In this document: piece by piece, positions 49,412 to 60,755 of the stretch
How the letters are laid out: the number at the start of each line of letters is the position of its first letter
How positions within the stretch are numbered: the stretch's first letter is position 1
Assembly (NCBI GenBank): GCA_030704615.1
Contig: CM060731.1
Span: 46,314,001 to 46,378,000, forward strand
DNA length: 64,000 bases
Direction: 5' to 3'
Source: Takakia lepidozioides
Lineage: Eukaryota; Plantae; Bryophyta
The notes under the pieces: generated by a model
Database searches by the model: none
What the model saw: the letters and a program-made list of their open reading frames with translations, nothing else
What the model was told of the DNA's origin: nothing
Position numbers and translations under genes: made by a program

Positions 49412-52081
49412 ATGAAGATTAGTAGCAGCTCTCTCGTGTCCGGGATTGCTTGCTGCAATTTTTCAATCACAGGCGTGCTTAAGGAACGGAAGGATAGGTC
49501 ATGGCCGCGCCACTGCAGGATTGGTCTGGGACAGAGCAGCGGTGCTCTGTTGATCTATCCAAGGGCTCGCATTCAGTTTGTGGCTGCCTCCAAAGCTGTG
49601 AGGATGCAGGGCATCCACAAGGGCGAAGCTGCGGGAAAGCAGCTAGGGCACCACAGTACCGAGAAGAAGGGACCCATCTCGACGTGGAAGGGCCGAAGGT
49701 TGCGACAGTCGAGTACTAGAGTTGGCATTGTCTTAAGACATTTGGAAGAAGATGACGCAGAGGAGGAATGTGAAGAGAAAGCAGATGAGACGGTGGAGGA
49801 TTGTAGCGCGGGAGTTGATGCATTAAAGACGGGTTCCCCGGGATTAGAATTTCCTGGTGAGAGGTGGAACTTGGATTTGGATTTAAAGGATGAAGATAGC
49901 AGTCAAGCTGGGTCCGGAGGATTGGGGTGGACAGACAGAGTGGCCCAAGTGGAGGCAAACAAAGGAGAGGCAGAGGCAGGGCAGGGGGTTGGTGATGGAC
50001 AGGGAGAGGGCAGTGGACAGCAGCAGCAGCAGCAGCTTTCTGCAGAAGAGGCTGATGAGGAGACGTACGTGACACGCATACCTGTGCCAAGGCAGCGGTA
50101 CATTGCTGCGGCCAAGGTGGAGTTAGTGTCAACACTCTTACCATCCTTTCCCACACATGAAGATTCATCAAAGCTCCTCTCAATTTTCTCGTCTCTGGAA
50201 TCCGTACTGCACGCAGAACACAAGAGTGTTCTCGAGGATCTGCGCATGGAATACCGTCTTGCCCACTCTCCGGTTGATGAGATCAGCCCGCCCGCTAAAG
50301 CAACGTCTCGTGGTCTAGTTGCTGATGGTAGAGTAAGCAGAGCCACAGAGGAGAATCGTTCAAAGGACTGGCATCTAAAGAAATTGTGGCAGAGGCTGGC
50401 AAGGAGACCCTCTAAACAAGCCCATGCGATGTCGGGCACCTCTACGGAGGATGACGCCAGTCCAGCTGCAACTGATCAGCCAGCTGGGAACCATAATCTT
50501 GGTTCTGCTGTGCAGCATGATATGGAGGAGGATACAGTTGCAGACACTCAGGGGACAAAGGCTGCTGAGCGATTTCAACGTCACTTTATGCGCATATTGC
50601 GCAGTGCCCAATTTGAGGGGCTTTCAGCACGTGACCTACAGCTCACTGCTGCCCTCAACTCAGACTACCTTCTTACACTGCCTGTTGATGTTGATTGGAA
50701 AAATGCATCCTCCGCCAATGCCCTCCTCTTTAGGCGGGGATATGCTACTGAAAGGCAGGAGGGGCTGCTGCTTGGGGCAAAGCTGGACTATCTCCAGTCA
50801 GTGGCACTGCTTAAAATGTTCAAAGGATTTGCAGGACCTCTGTTTCGGGCAGGACGGTGGTGCATCCAAAAATGGGAGTCGCTGGATGAGAATGAAGAGG
50901 GAAGGGCTTTGACCCAACGAATTGAACGTTGGCTTGAAGAACCGTTACAGCCGGATACCACATTGTCTCCCAAATCTGCACGCATGGATGCTGATGGTGC
51001 TTCAGAAGAGGATGAAGAGGAGGAGCAGGGGATGGAGATTTGGAAGGCCGCAAGGCAGGCAGTGCCACGTTATGAAGCAGTGCTCTCATCTGCAGGGGCG
51101 CGGGGCATGCTGGTGCGCCAAGTACTCGTGCGAATGGGCCTCTTGCCTCCTGAATCCCCCACCTTATCCGATCCTCATTCTGGTCATCCTGAGCACCCAC
51201 CTCACATGAGACCCAAGACTTTGGCGAGAGTTTCAATGAGGGATATATGGCGGCCAGCATCTCGAGCTTCATGTGACAAAAATGTGTGGCGCCAAATTCA
51301 GGCTGCCTTCTCCATTTTTTTCTCACGTTCGGTATTGCAGGAACCGGCCTTCCAAGAGTTAGTATTATTGTACACTAAGGCAGGCAGTGACGACGAGGCA
51401 GGATCGTCAATCCTCCAGCTTCACACATATACCAGGATTCCTCTTCCTGATCTGAAGGTGGTCTTCCCAAGAAAGAAACTCTCGTTTCGCATACTTGATA
51501 CAGTGCGGCTGGACTTGGCTTCCCTAGCAGGACTGGTAGCATTTTCTGTTAGCCACCGATTTGACGACCTATTAAGCTCGCCATCTGCATTTGTCCTGGA
51601 TGTGATTGCAAGCGTGGCATTGGTGGGGTATGTCGCACGTGTGGCTCTAGGCTACAAACAAACCTTCGACCGCTATCAGTTGTTGGTAAACAAGACGTTG
51701 TATGAGAAGACACTGGCCAGTGGATTTGGAGTGGTCCACTTTCTAGTAGATGCATCTGAAGAGCAGCAATTTAAGGAGGCTATATTGGTTTATTCTCTTC
51801 TTCTTCTTGAAGGCAATGGCCAAAGCATGTCACCGCAGCAGCTTGCAAATATCTGTGAACGGTATCTTTACAACAACTTCAAAGAACAGATTGAGATGCC
51901 CATACACGAAGCAACACATATTCTAATTAGACTGGGCCTAGTAATTGAGGACAAGGTGGCAGAAAGTGACGGGGAAGAGGAAGTAAGAATCCGTGTGGTG
52001 CCAGAAGTGGATGCTTCAAGAGCTCTCCAACAGCGTTGGCAGTCCCTCTTGTCCAAGCAGTCCATCTGGAGTACACAATAG
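49412..52081 (+). CDS. DUF3754 / TMEM143-family membrane protein (889 aa, intronless, plastid-transit-like N-terminus; resembles Arabidopsis AT2G46915 by recollection)
   Basis: Uninterrupted ORF. IPVPRQRYI; ALNSDYLLTLPVDVDW; LQEPAFQELVLLY; IPLPDLKVVFPRKK; LYEKTLASG..LVDASEEQQFKEAILVY. Two hydrophobic helices. Confidence 0.9.
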   Translation: MKISSSSLVSGIACCNFSITGVLKERKDRSWPRHCRIGLGQSSGALLIYPRARIQFVAASKAVRMQGIHKGEAAGKQLGHHSTEKKGPISTWKGRRLRQSSTRVGIVLRHLEEDDAEEECEEKADETVEDCSAGVDALKTGSPGLEFPGERWNLDLDLKDEDSSQAGSGGLGWTDRVAQVEANKGEAEAGQGVGDGQGEGSGQQQQQQLSAEEADEETYVTRIPVPRQRYIAAAKVELVSTLLPSFPTHEDSSKLLSIFSSLESVLHAEHKSVLEDLRMEYRLAHSPVDEISPPAKATSRGLVADGRVSRATEENRSKDWHLKKLWQRLARRPSKQAHAMSGTSTEDDASPAATDQPAGNHNLGSAVQHDMEEDTVADTQGTKAAERFQRHFMRILRSAQFEGLSARDLQLTAALNSDYLLTLPVDVDWKNASSANALLFRRGYATERQEGLLLGAKLDYLQSVALLKMFKGFAGPLFRAGRWCIQKWESLDENEEGRALTQRIERWLEEPLQPDTTLSPKSARMDADGASEEDEEEEQGMEIWKAARQAVPRYEAVLSSAGARGMLVRQVLVRMGLLPPESPTLSDPHSGHPEHPPHMRPKTLARVSMRDIWRPASRASCDKNVWRQIQAAFSIFFSRSVLQEPAFQELVLLYTKAGSDDEAGSSILQLHTYTRIPLPDLKVVFPRKKLSFRILDTVRLDLASLAGLVAFSVSHRFDDLLSSPSAFVLDVIASVALVGYVARVALGYKQTFDRYQLLVNKTLYEKTLASGFGVVHFLVDASEEQQFKEAILVYSLLLLEGNGQSMSPQQLANICERYLYNNFKEQIEMPIHEATHILIRLGLVIEDKVAESDGEEEVRIRVVPEVDASRALQQRWQSLLSKQSIWSTQ

Positions 52082-53636
52082 CATCACACTATATTGTAGC
52101 CTAGTTGCTCACATGTTTGCCCTTCTATGCCATCTGATAGACTTCGGTGGATGATCAACCTCACCAAGTGACAACCTTTTTGGGCTGTCTCATACTTGGG
52201 GTGGATTACATGAGGCCCTAAACTTGCGCAGCAGGTATGGCCTGCCCTGATTTCACCACATCTGCTTTTTTATCAATTTGTGGATGCCACCCCTTCACAC
52301 GATACAAACCTGTTACCCGTAGAAACAGCGAGCTGCTGAATGGGAGCTATCTGGTGTATGTGCAGGACAGGTATCCTGAGAATTTCTGGTCAATGAAATT
52401 ACAATGCAGTGAACAAGCACAATCAAACTGATCGGTTTGGCAGCCAGTTGGCTGGAACCAGCACATTGTTGAACAGCGTGCCGCTTCAATCTCTTGGTGA
52501 AGGAGGCCTGTACTTTTACTTCCAACTTCTTAATCTGTACATGCCTCAAGTAAATGTAGACTCTGGCATAAGTAGCTACTAATCATATTCTTTGGGATTG
52601 GGTTGTCAATAATTTATTAGCAGGCTGTATGTGGCCCTTGTATTTGTATGAGAAAGTCTTAGCCCTTTGATTTCGTCCACCATTAGCCTTCTTGGGTAAG
52701 AGATTGCAGCAAGGCTCAGAAGAACACTAAGTCCCACCTGAAGACGGGGAATATATGGAGGGAGTGATTGTGAAATATCTCAGCACAGTTATCAACTATT
52801 GCTGGAACTACCAGATTAATTGACGATTGGCGAAGTCTTTATTTGTTTTTGTGTCTGTCAACAAGGACAGTATTGCAATTCCAGCCTTACTTGCTCCTGA
52901 TCTTGTGTCCTATAGATGGGTGAGAACCCAGTCAGAAGGCTGATAGGACCTCTGTTGAAGGCTATCTCTTCACATTCTGGAAAGGAGGCGTTGCTTCAAT
53001 GGCTCCAGACCTTAACAGGTAGACCCAAGGTGCATCCATGTTTATGAGTTCTGTCTATCTTCATTGTAAGGTACTGGTTATCCAGCACAGGAGGTGTAGA
53101 CTTTTGGACATTTCAAGTCCATGGTTGCAGCTGTCAACTTCTCACCCTTCCTTGAAGTCTCTGAACTTCCCATGGATATTGTTGAAGGTATTAACCTCAG
53201 GGATATGCGCCTCACTTCTAAATATTGTAATAACTAGGAATTCAAGTCAAGAACTCTATCCTTTTCTTCTTGAATGCATTGCAGGGGATGTGCATGCTCA
53301 CAAGCTTTATAATCTCTCTCCAAGAAAATTTACAGCAGTCCTCCATAGCAGTTTGCCACATTGGGAGGAAAAGATGGTGGAGTGCAACAGGTCCACAACT
53401 TTATCAAGAAGGTACCAAGGTCTTTGGAGCATACCCACAGTTTCAAAGATGTATCATTATACAATAGAAGAAAACAATTGGCAGGGAAGGCAACCACTTC
53501 TTTCCCCAGAATCTAACAATTAGCTCCAGAGCAAATTTAAAGGCCAATGAGGCCAGCAAGTTTCCTGGCAGTCTTACAACCCAAAAAGGGAGAGTGGAGA
53601 ATACAGAGAAAGCAGTTCCCTATTTGGTCTCATCAA

Positions 53637-56600
53637 TCAGTAAAGGCGGTGACGTTTCTTCTTCAATTTCTCAAAAAACTCGTAGATGTCAGCACTGGTG
53701 ACCGTCTGGCCTGATTCTTCAAAGCCAGTCTGCTTATTACCACAACTAGCCAACAACAGATCATCAGACATGTGCAATACACTTGCTAATGGAAAATGGG
53801 ATGCTCCAAAAGAGATGTATAGAGCCTTATAACCGGAGAGTCTCAGCCAACCTTACCACAAACATAAATCTTTTGTTGAAAAGGAAATACTCGCATCCAG
53901 TAAAACATTTTACACAACCAGTGGAACAGGATTCACCAGAAATGATTTTAATTTAGAGGCCAGGTCATTGAGTCCATAGAGGAGCTCCATGCGTTGCACA
54001 TGGTCCAATTTCTGCATCAACTCTTCAATCGAACCCTCAGTGGCTTCCTGTCTCTTTTGCTGCGCCACAGCTTCATACTCCTGCAGCAGTTTTTGCAGAG
54101 ATCAATTATTGAACTTTCCTAATTGGCATGGCTACTTCAGAGTTACAGAGCTACAGAGCTCTGTCACACATACGCCGAGAGCAATGTAGCATACTATGTC
54201 AATAAAATGTCAGATTTGCATCAGTCAACCAACAGGAGGGGTTGCATCCTCCAGGTCTATTTGGCATCTGTCAGAGGCAAAGCATTCCTACTTATGAGTA
54301 TCTATCATCTGCAATCTCTTGTGCAGGTGGTACAGCGGATGACACGTTCATATCCAGTATCCTTGTCCAACCGTATCTGTGTGGCTCATTACTTTTTCAA
54401 TGAAGTGAAACTCAACATCTGAGATCATTCAAAGGTCAAACTCAAATCTTACTTGTAACGTGTCCCCTTTGTCGAGCAAGAACTTAATCTCCTTCACTTC
54501 ATACGTCTTTAAGCAAGTGATGCACTGACATAGCTGTGACCTCCAGGATTTCCCCAAAAAGATCGCTGGGCCTTTGCCTGCTAATTGCTCCTTGTTCAAG
54601 GATCCAAAGGAGGAGTCCCCATTTGACTCTCTATTGTGGGAGCCGTCAGTAGGCCTTTCCAGCTTGCAATCCACCATCCCTCCTGACAAGTTTTCCTTTA
54701 CCAGTCCGCAAGTGGGCTCGGCGGCAATGGAAAATTCATTGTCTTGACTCAACACTTGTGAAACATTACGTCCAGAACATTCTTCAGCGTTACTACCTGA
54801 GATAAGAACATTGAAGTTCATTAGAAGTCTTTTCATTACCTGGCAGACCCCCACCACTGCCTGCTGGCCAGTTACCCACAAGTTACACAGAACCACCGCA
54901 GAGGTCTTGTCCTTTTAACATCTCTCATTTTCTGGAAAAGCTAACCACTGAACAGGTACCCAGAATGTATGATAACTAGTCCAAATTAAACCGGGGGGGG
55001 GGGGGGGGGGGTGGGGGGGAGGTGGTTGCGACTACCTGTGGATGTAATTTGCTTTGGAGCTTCAAGAGGCAAGGCTTCTGTTACAATATCTGCCAAGATG
55101 GGTGGAACCAGCAGCTGCGGGTACTTGGAGAGGAACGAGCATCTAGGCACACAGGCCGGGCACACCAGCTCTCCAAATGTTGGTTCCCCTTCCTCATCTC
55201 TTGGAACCTGTGACAAAGTAACAGTTCCTCAATTCACCATCTGCCACGGGAATACATGCATGAAGCTTTTATGATAAAAGTGTTCAACCCACTCACAGTG
55301 TTCAACCCCTGTTTCCCTCTTTTGACAAACAATGTTGAAGCAACCAACCTGGAGAGAGGCAGGCAGCCCAAGATGATCTTCATGGAACCAGTCCTCACAA
55401 ATGCAGCACTGCAGCATCTCGCCCTGCTCAGTTTCATCAGGGCCTGTGAATGACTGTTGGCACGTGCAGTAGACACCCCTGTAGTTCTGGCTGTAGAAGT
55501 TGCTGGGGTTCTCGGGCTCTTTGTCTCCACAGAGCTTGCATATGTCACCCCCAAATTTGGAATTGCCACAATTGCAGCGGAACTTTCGCCGTGTCCACAG
55601 TTCTATCACCTGAGCATCATGTAAACGCTCATGACTTCAAAGTTCCTTGACCACCTAGTAACTGTTTGGAGCTTAAAAGGCACAATAGTTGTGCAAGTCT
55701 TAAGTGTGACTTGTAACACTAACCCACGCCTCACCAAAATAACGCCAGCATCAATACGGGCCCACAGAGAAGCAAAGAAACAAATGCAGCTGAATTTTCT
55801 TGTGTCATCGTCGTACACTATTGCCTGAAGACATAATTAACAAGGTCACAACCTGGAACATCACCTTCACTCGCAATGATGAAGGTTACTTTTTCAACAT
55901 CCCTTCATTGAGCCCAACTGTGACGTCAACTGTCTCAAGAGGAGGGAGGGCATACCTCATGGCCGTTGTGGCAATCTAAGCAAGCCACGCAAAAGCCAGC
56001 ATTGCCGTCAGGAGTGCAAGTACGACATGCAAACACAGCCTGCCGCTGCATGTAGCCCTTGCTGTATGTGCACTCTGTGCCTTTATCTCCCCCAAACAGC
56101 AGGTCCGCTTCCTGCATCCAACTTCTCTTTCTTACCCCTTGCACACACGAGCATGCGCTGGATTGTCTGAGACCTAAAGATTAAGGCTTGCTTCGAAAGG
56201 AAGCAAACAAAAAACTTTATCCAGTAGCAAGTGCTCAAAGCAATGATCATCCTTTTGCAATTCTCTCTATTTTGTCCATCAGTGAATGATACTGATAACG
56301 TCCGAAAGAGAGTCAGCCAGAGAGTTTTCTTCAGAAGGTGCGAAGCCAAAGGGGTCAAGGGAACAAATACAACAAAACCGCTAGGAGAGAGAGCTTGATA
56401 AGAACCCTCTAAGAATGTGAGATTAAAATTCTGCATCTTCAAGCTTCAAAAAGGAGGGTGCTCTAAAGGACCCAGAGTATAAGGACCACCAGTCTGGTAC
56501 CAAAGAAGTTGATTCATCAACTGAGTGCACCTGCTTCGCTTGGAAAAATCGACACGCAACATCAGCTGGTTAATAATCAACTTTCACTGGATGGTCAAGA

Positions 56601-56731
56601 TGCCGACCACCAGCCATTGGAGGGAGAGAAAGGAAGTAGAGGAGGGAACTTACAAGTTCCTCCGCCTCAAGACCATCAATATACTCAGCCAATGTGGTAA
56701 CATGCTCACATTCCGTGCTGGTCTCCTCCAT
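53637..56731 (-). CDS. UBR7: UBR-box/PHD E3 ubiquitin ligase UBR7 (~415 aa); exons 56731-56654, 56111-55956, 55609-55349, 55207-55036, 54796-54453, 54080-53937, 53729-53637
   Basis: CTYSKGYMQRQAVFACRTC...CHNGHE|VIELWTRRKFRCNCGN; MLQCCICEDWFHEDHL; WRSQLCQCITC; VTSADIYEFFEKL. All introns are GT-AG and frame-consistent. Confidence 0.95.
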
Positions 56732-57022
56732 ACCCCGTGCTCTCCCCAGCCAACAAGATGCACGGGCCCCAATTTCCTAGACCTGCTGGGCGATCCTCGC
56801 AGTCTGCAATCTTGCAGTGATCCACTGTGACTGACCCACAACACGAATTCCAGTTCCCGCCAAAAACTCTGAGAGAACTCACAGTTAGGTCTTGCGCGCC
56901 TCCAAGCTGCTCCACTCCAATATTTTCCCGCCATATTTTCCCCACCAGAGGAATTCTAGCGACAACCGAAGGTCGGAAATCGGAAGCTAGTTTAGAGTAG
57001 AGCAGGAATAAGGTGCCATAGT

Positions 57023-57082
57023 AACACGTCATCGTTTCATAGCCACGTCATCCTAGCCACGTTTTGTAAACACGTCATCATC
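57023..57082. promoter_or_regulatory. Cluster of CACGT(CAT) cores upstream of UBR7 (bZIP/G-box-like)
   Basis: Four CACGT cores in 60 bp, three of them CACGTCAT. Could instead be a TE terminal relic. Confidence 0.35.
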
Positions 57083-57239
57083 GTCAATGTTCTTGAAACG
57101 TGCCCCCCCCCCAAACGCGTGCCCCCCCCCAAACTAACCGGGTGTCTTGCATCGCGGCAATGACGATGTCCCTCCCCTGATGCTTTGGGATGCTTTGGGT
57201 TTCGCACACCGATCTCAAAGGGAGATCCTACATGGTGGA

Positions 57240-57595
57240 TGCTACACAACCTTTTCTCATTTCAAAATGAGGACTGGCTGCAGTATGAGGATTCCAAGCC
57301 AATTGTGCTCTACCATCCACTCCGAGGACCAAATTCGTCAAGGAGAGATTCAATTCCCAGATACCCCACTTTGAATGAATCGACACCGGTATTGCAGCTA
57401 GCAACATTCTCGTTTACAGATGTGCAGTTGAATAAGAATGCTGGAGTTTCGAAGAAATTTTTAAAATTCTCAGGTGTACTTCAGCTGGCAATTGCATCCC
57501 AGAGAAGCATCTTCTATGGAGGGGGCATTCACCCCCGTTTTGAGATGACCCCTGGTTTCTCACAAATGAGCATCGAATTGGAGGGCGTCTCGTAG
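57240..57595 (+). pseudogene. Isolated fragment of a DUF2921-family gene
   Basis: SFQNEDWLQ..PIV; LQLATFSFTDV; SGVLQLAI; PRFEMTPGFSQMSIELEG resemble the N-terminal region of plant DUF2921 proteins (from memory). No rest of the gene is present. Confidence 0.55.
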
Positions 57596-58043
57596 CTTGG
57601 TCTATGCAAGGCTGTGGTTGAAGCTATGGCTGCTGAGCCGCCTACTGGTGGTTATCCCAGAGAAGTCCAAGATTGCCAGACTTTAGACATAGTTGGACAA
57701 AGAAATTCCTTGGGAGTTGGTCGAATCGTCCCTGGGTGGAAGCAGAGCCAGCTGCAATGATTCAACATCAAGCACAATCTGGTGATGGCTGTTATGTCAA
57801 TGTACGCCATGGCGTTCCCGTCCAAGAATACATTGGGTATTGTTTAGATGACGATTCAGGTTTAACGTGAGTAGATGTGCTTGGTACACATTATGTTCAA
57901 TGACCATGTCTTGCTAGTTTTATAACTGTAATTATGCGGCAAAGGCCCTCATCAGTGACATATTTCTTCAAAAGCATCTAGGTGTACAATACAATTTGCA
58001 CTTGAGGTCGAAGGTTTGATTAGAGTACTTTGAGTCATGCAGG

Positions 58044-59410
58044 ATGGCAGGGTTGAATGAGGCAGAGCTGTTTCTGGGACAAGAGACTGGCGGCAGGGGT
58101 AGTTCCCTCTCTGGCACTTGTCAATATGTTAGGATTCTATGTAAGGCAGGACGACTGAAAGATGTGCTGCACATTTTGAGCCAACAAGGCATTCGAGCAG
58201 ACTGGAATACATACGTCGTTCTCTTGCAGTAACATGAAAAACCTAGTATAATGGAAGCAGGTGCATGCCCACATTATAAAAAGTGGATGCAAGCCAAAAG
58301 TAATACCCTTATCAACATGTATGTCAAGTGCGGTAGCTTGGTGGATGCACGTCAAGTGTTTGACAAAATGCCTGAACGAGATTTGTTTACATGGACTAGG
58401 AACATTGGGCATGCTCAGGATGCATTCAAAATCTATGAGCAAATGCAATGAGAAAGGGTGACCCCTGACATGATCACCTTCATCTGTGGTCTCAAAGCAT
58501 GTGCCACCCTAGGAGACCTGGAATAAAGTTATATTTAAACCTGGAGAATAGCCTTGTGGACATGTATGCCAAATGTGGGGTCATGAAGGATGCGCATCAA
58601 GTGTTTGATAATATGGCTAGGCAAGATGTGGTTTCATGGAGTGCCATGATTGCAGGATATGCTCAGTATGGGTGTGGTAGGGAAGCTGAAGATCTACGAG
58701 CAAATGTGCCTTTCTCCAAATCTCCTAAGCTAGCATATGCATTGAGAACGCAAATGAATGTGACCCTGTTTGGCATCATCCCTTCCTGTTGCACAGGTCC
58801 ATGCTGACATCATGCTGGAATTATGTCATATATTAATTTGGAAAATACTCTTATTGACATGTATGCAAAATGCGCAAGCATGAAAGATGCCCAACAAGTG
58901 TTTGATAATATGGCTACATGAGATGGGTCTCCTGGAGTGCATTGATAGCAGGATATGCTCGTCATGGGTTTGGAAGGGAGGCTTTCCAGATGTTCAGGCA
59001 AATGCAACAAGCAGGGGTGAGACCCAACACAGTCACGTTTGTTTGTGTTCTCAAGGCGTGTTCCAGCCTAGGAGCCCTGGAAAAGGGCAAAGAGGTGCAT
59101 GCTGACACCATGAAAGGGAATTGCGTCCTATATCAATTTGGAGAGTAGCCTTATCGACATTATGCAAAATGCGGCAGCATGAAGGAGGCGCGTCAAATGT
59201 TCGACAGTATGGCTAAACGAGATGTGGTCTCGTGGAGTTTGTTGATAGCAGGATATGCTCAGCATGGGGATGCTGTGGAAGCTTTCAAGATCTATGAGAA
59301 AATGCAACAGGATGGGATGACGTCCGACAGGGTCACATTCACTTGTATTCTCAATGCATGCGTCAGCCTCAAGAGCTCTGGAAAAAGGGAAACAGGTGCA
59401 TGATGACTTC
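58044..59410 (+). pseudogene. PLS-class PPR pseudogene
   Basis: LCKAGRLKD; repeated NTLINMYVKCGSLVDARQVFDKM, DVVSWSAMIAGYAQ and PNTVTFVCVLKAC units broken by many stops and frameshifts. Confidence 0.93.
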
Positions 59411-59664
59411 CGGACATCTAGAATTATAGTAGAGAACAGGTCAAGTCTGTTTTGCACAATGATTTAGGTTGGTCGTTTTGGTTTCACCAGGTTTGCATTC
59501 TTCTGCATTTTGATCAGCCTCTACTGTCCAGGTTATCTATGCATTAGGCATTTCTTGTGTCAGGTTGCTGACCCTGTAGGCCTCACTTGCTTTGCTGACC
59601 ACACTGAAGGGGAGAGGGAATGAGAGAGACTTTACATCTGACACAGATATCTTTGGACTGGAAA

Positions 59665-60755
59665 TCAGTCTGGTTCATGCATATTCCATGGCTCGTGACA
59701 TGCGGGGAGCAGTAGCTTGTGTGGCGGGGAGGGAGGCTGAAGGGGTTGCACCTTTTCAGAGAGCAAAGAGTGAGGCACACCCCCTAATGTTGTCATTACA
59801 ACAACATTATTTTCAATGCCCGCTGGTATTTCATTCTCGATCTTTTTCATGTAATCCTAAAGTTTTGTGCTTTTGTATGCAGGAGCAAGTGTGCATCTTG
59901 ATATCTTAGATTCTATCTTTTCTTTCTCTTGTGTTGGTTACTTTTACCCGTACTGACCATTTTTGTCGGAAGATAATAGGAATAATGTAAGAACTTAATG
60001 GACACATGTCTGACAGTACTTTCGCCGGATTCCGGCAACCTGGGCTCCTCTGGCGGGGCCCCTGTCAAATCCTCCCCACCCCACATTACCTCGGTTTCAC
60101 TATTAAATACTTATGAATCCAAGTGCGTTGCAAGCTATGGTGGATAGCCTGATGGTAAGGTGATAGCAATGTAGGCGGTGAGGTTGTGGGTTCAATTCTT
60201 GATGGGAGCTGTGGCAGGTATAACCCTCCACTTGGTGTAACCCCGATTTCTCATGTAACTCAGGTTCGGACGTAGTCAAATTTCGAGACCAAGTGGAGTT
60301 ACACTCCATTACTGGACTTACACTCCATTCTGTGTAACCCCAAGTGGAGTTACACGGCTCGTTGTGTAACCCGATGTAACCCCGACTGGAGTTGAAACTC
60401 CTTCAGTTCCATGTCACTCTCAAGAGAGGGTGGGGAAGATTTGACATGCCGGAAACCGGCGTACCATCCTGTCAGAGGTTGCACGTGTGCATTCCTATTA
60501 TCTTCCATTTTTGTCTGGCTGACAGTTGCTTTGTTGTCTTCTTTCATGGAAAACTTAGAATGGCAGTGTCATGTTAGAATACGGGAGGTAGTGTGATAAT
60601 ACAAGACGCTGGGATGTGGCAGCAAAGTGGGCAATATGAATAGGGCTGAAGCTTTGGTAGCAGAGGTGGAGGATGAAGACTAGTCCCTAGGTCTCTTCAA
60701 CATAATAATAGATGGGTATGCACATGCTCGTCAGGAATCTAAGTGCCTCACCGTT
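59665..60755 (+). pseudogene. P-class PPR fragments (PPR4-like), separated by a MITE-containing interval
   Basis: SLVHAYSMARDMRGAVACV (59665-59750) and GNMNRAEALVAEVEDE..FNIIIDGYAH..ESKCLTV (60620-60755). Confidence 0.7.
59968..60506. mobile_element. Mutator-like MITE (539 bp)
   Basis: Perfect 16-bp TIR GGAAGATAATAGGAAT, extending imperfectly for ~80-110 bp. 9-bp TSD ATTTTTGTC at 59959-59967 and 60507-60515. Confidence 0.93.

Noticed and set aside
54990-55023. Poly-G tract as a frameshift in UBR7
   Set aside because: It falls within a GT-AG intron (55035-54797) whose removal restores the frame.
29459-56731. SGF11 (H2B deubiquitination module) and UBR7 (reported H2B ubiquitin ligase) as a functional cluster
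   Set aside because: Separated by TEs and an unrelated gene. Without synteny data the proximity is best treated as chance.
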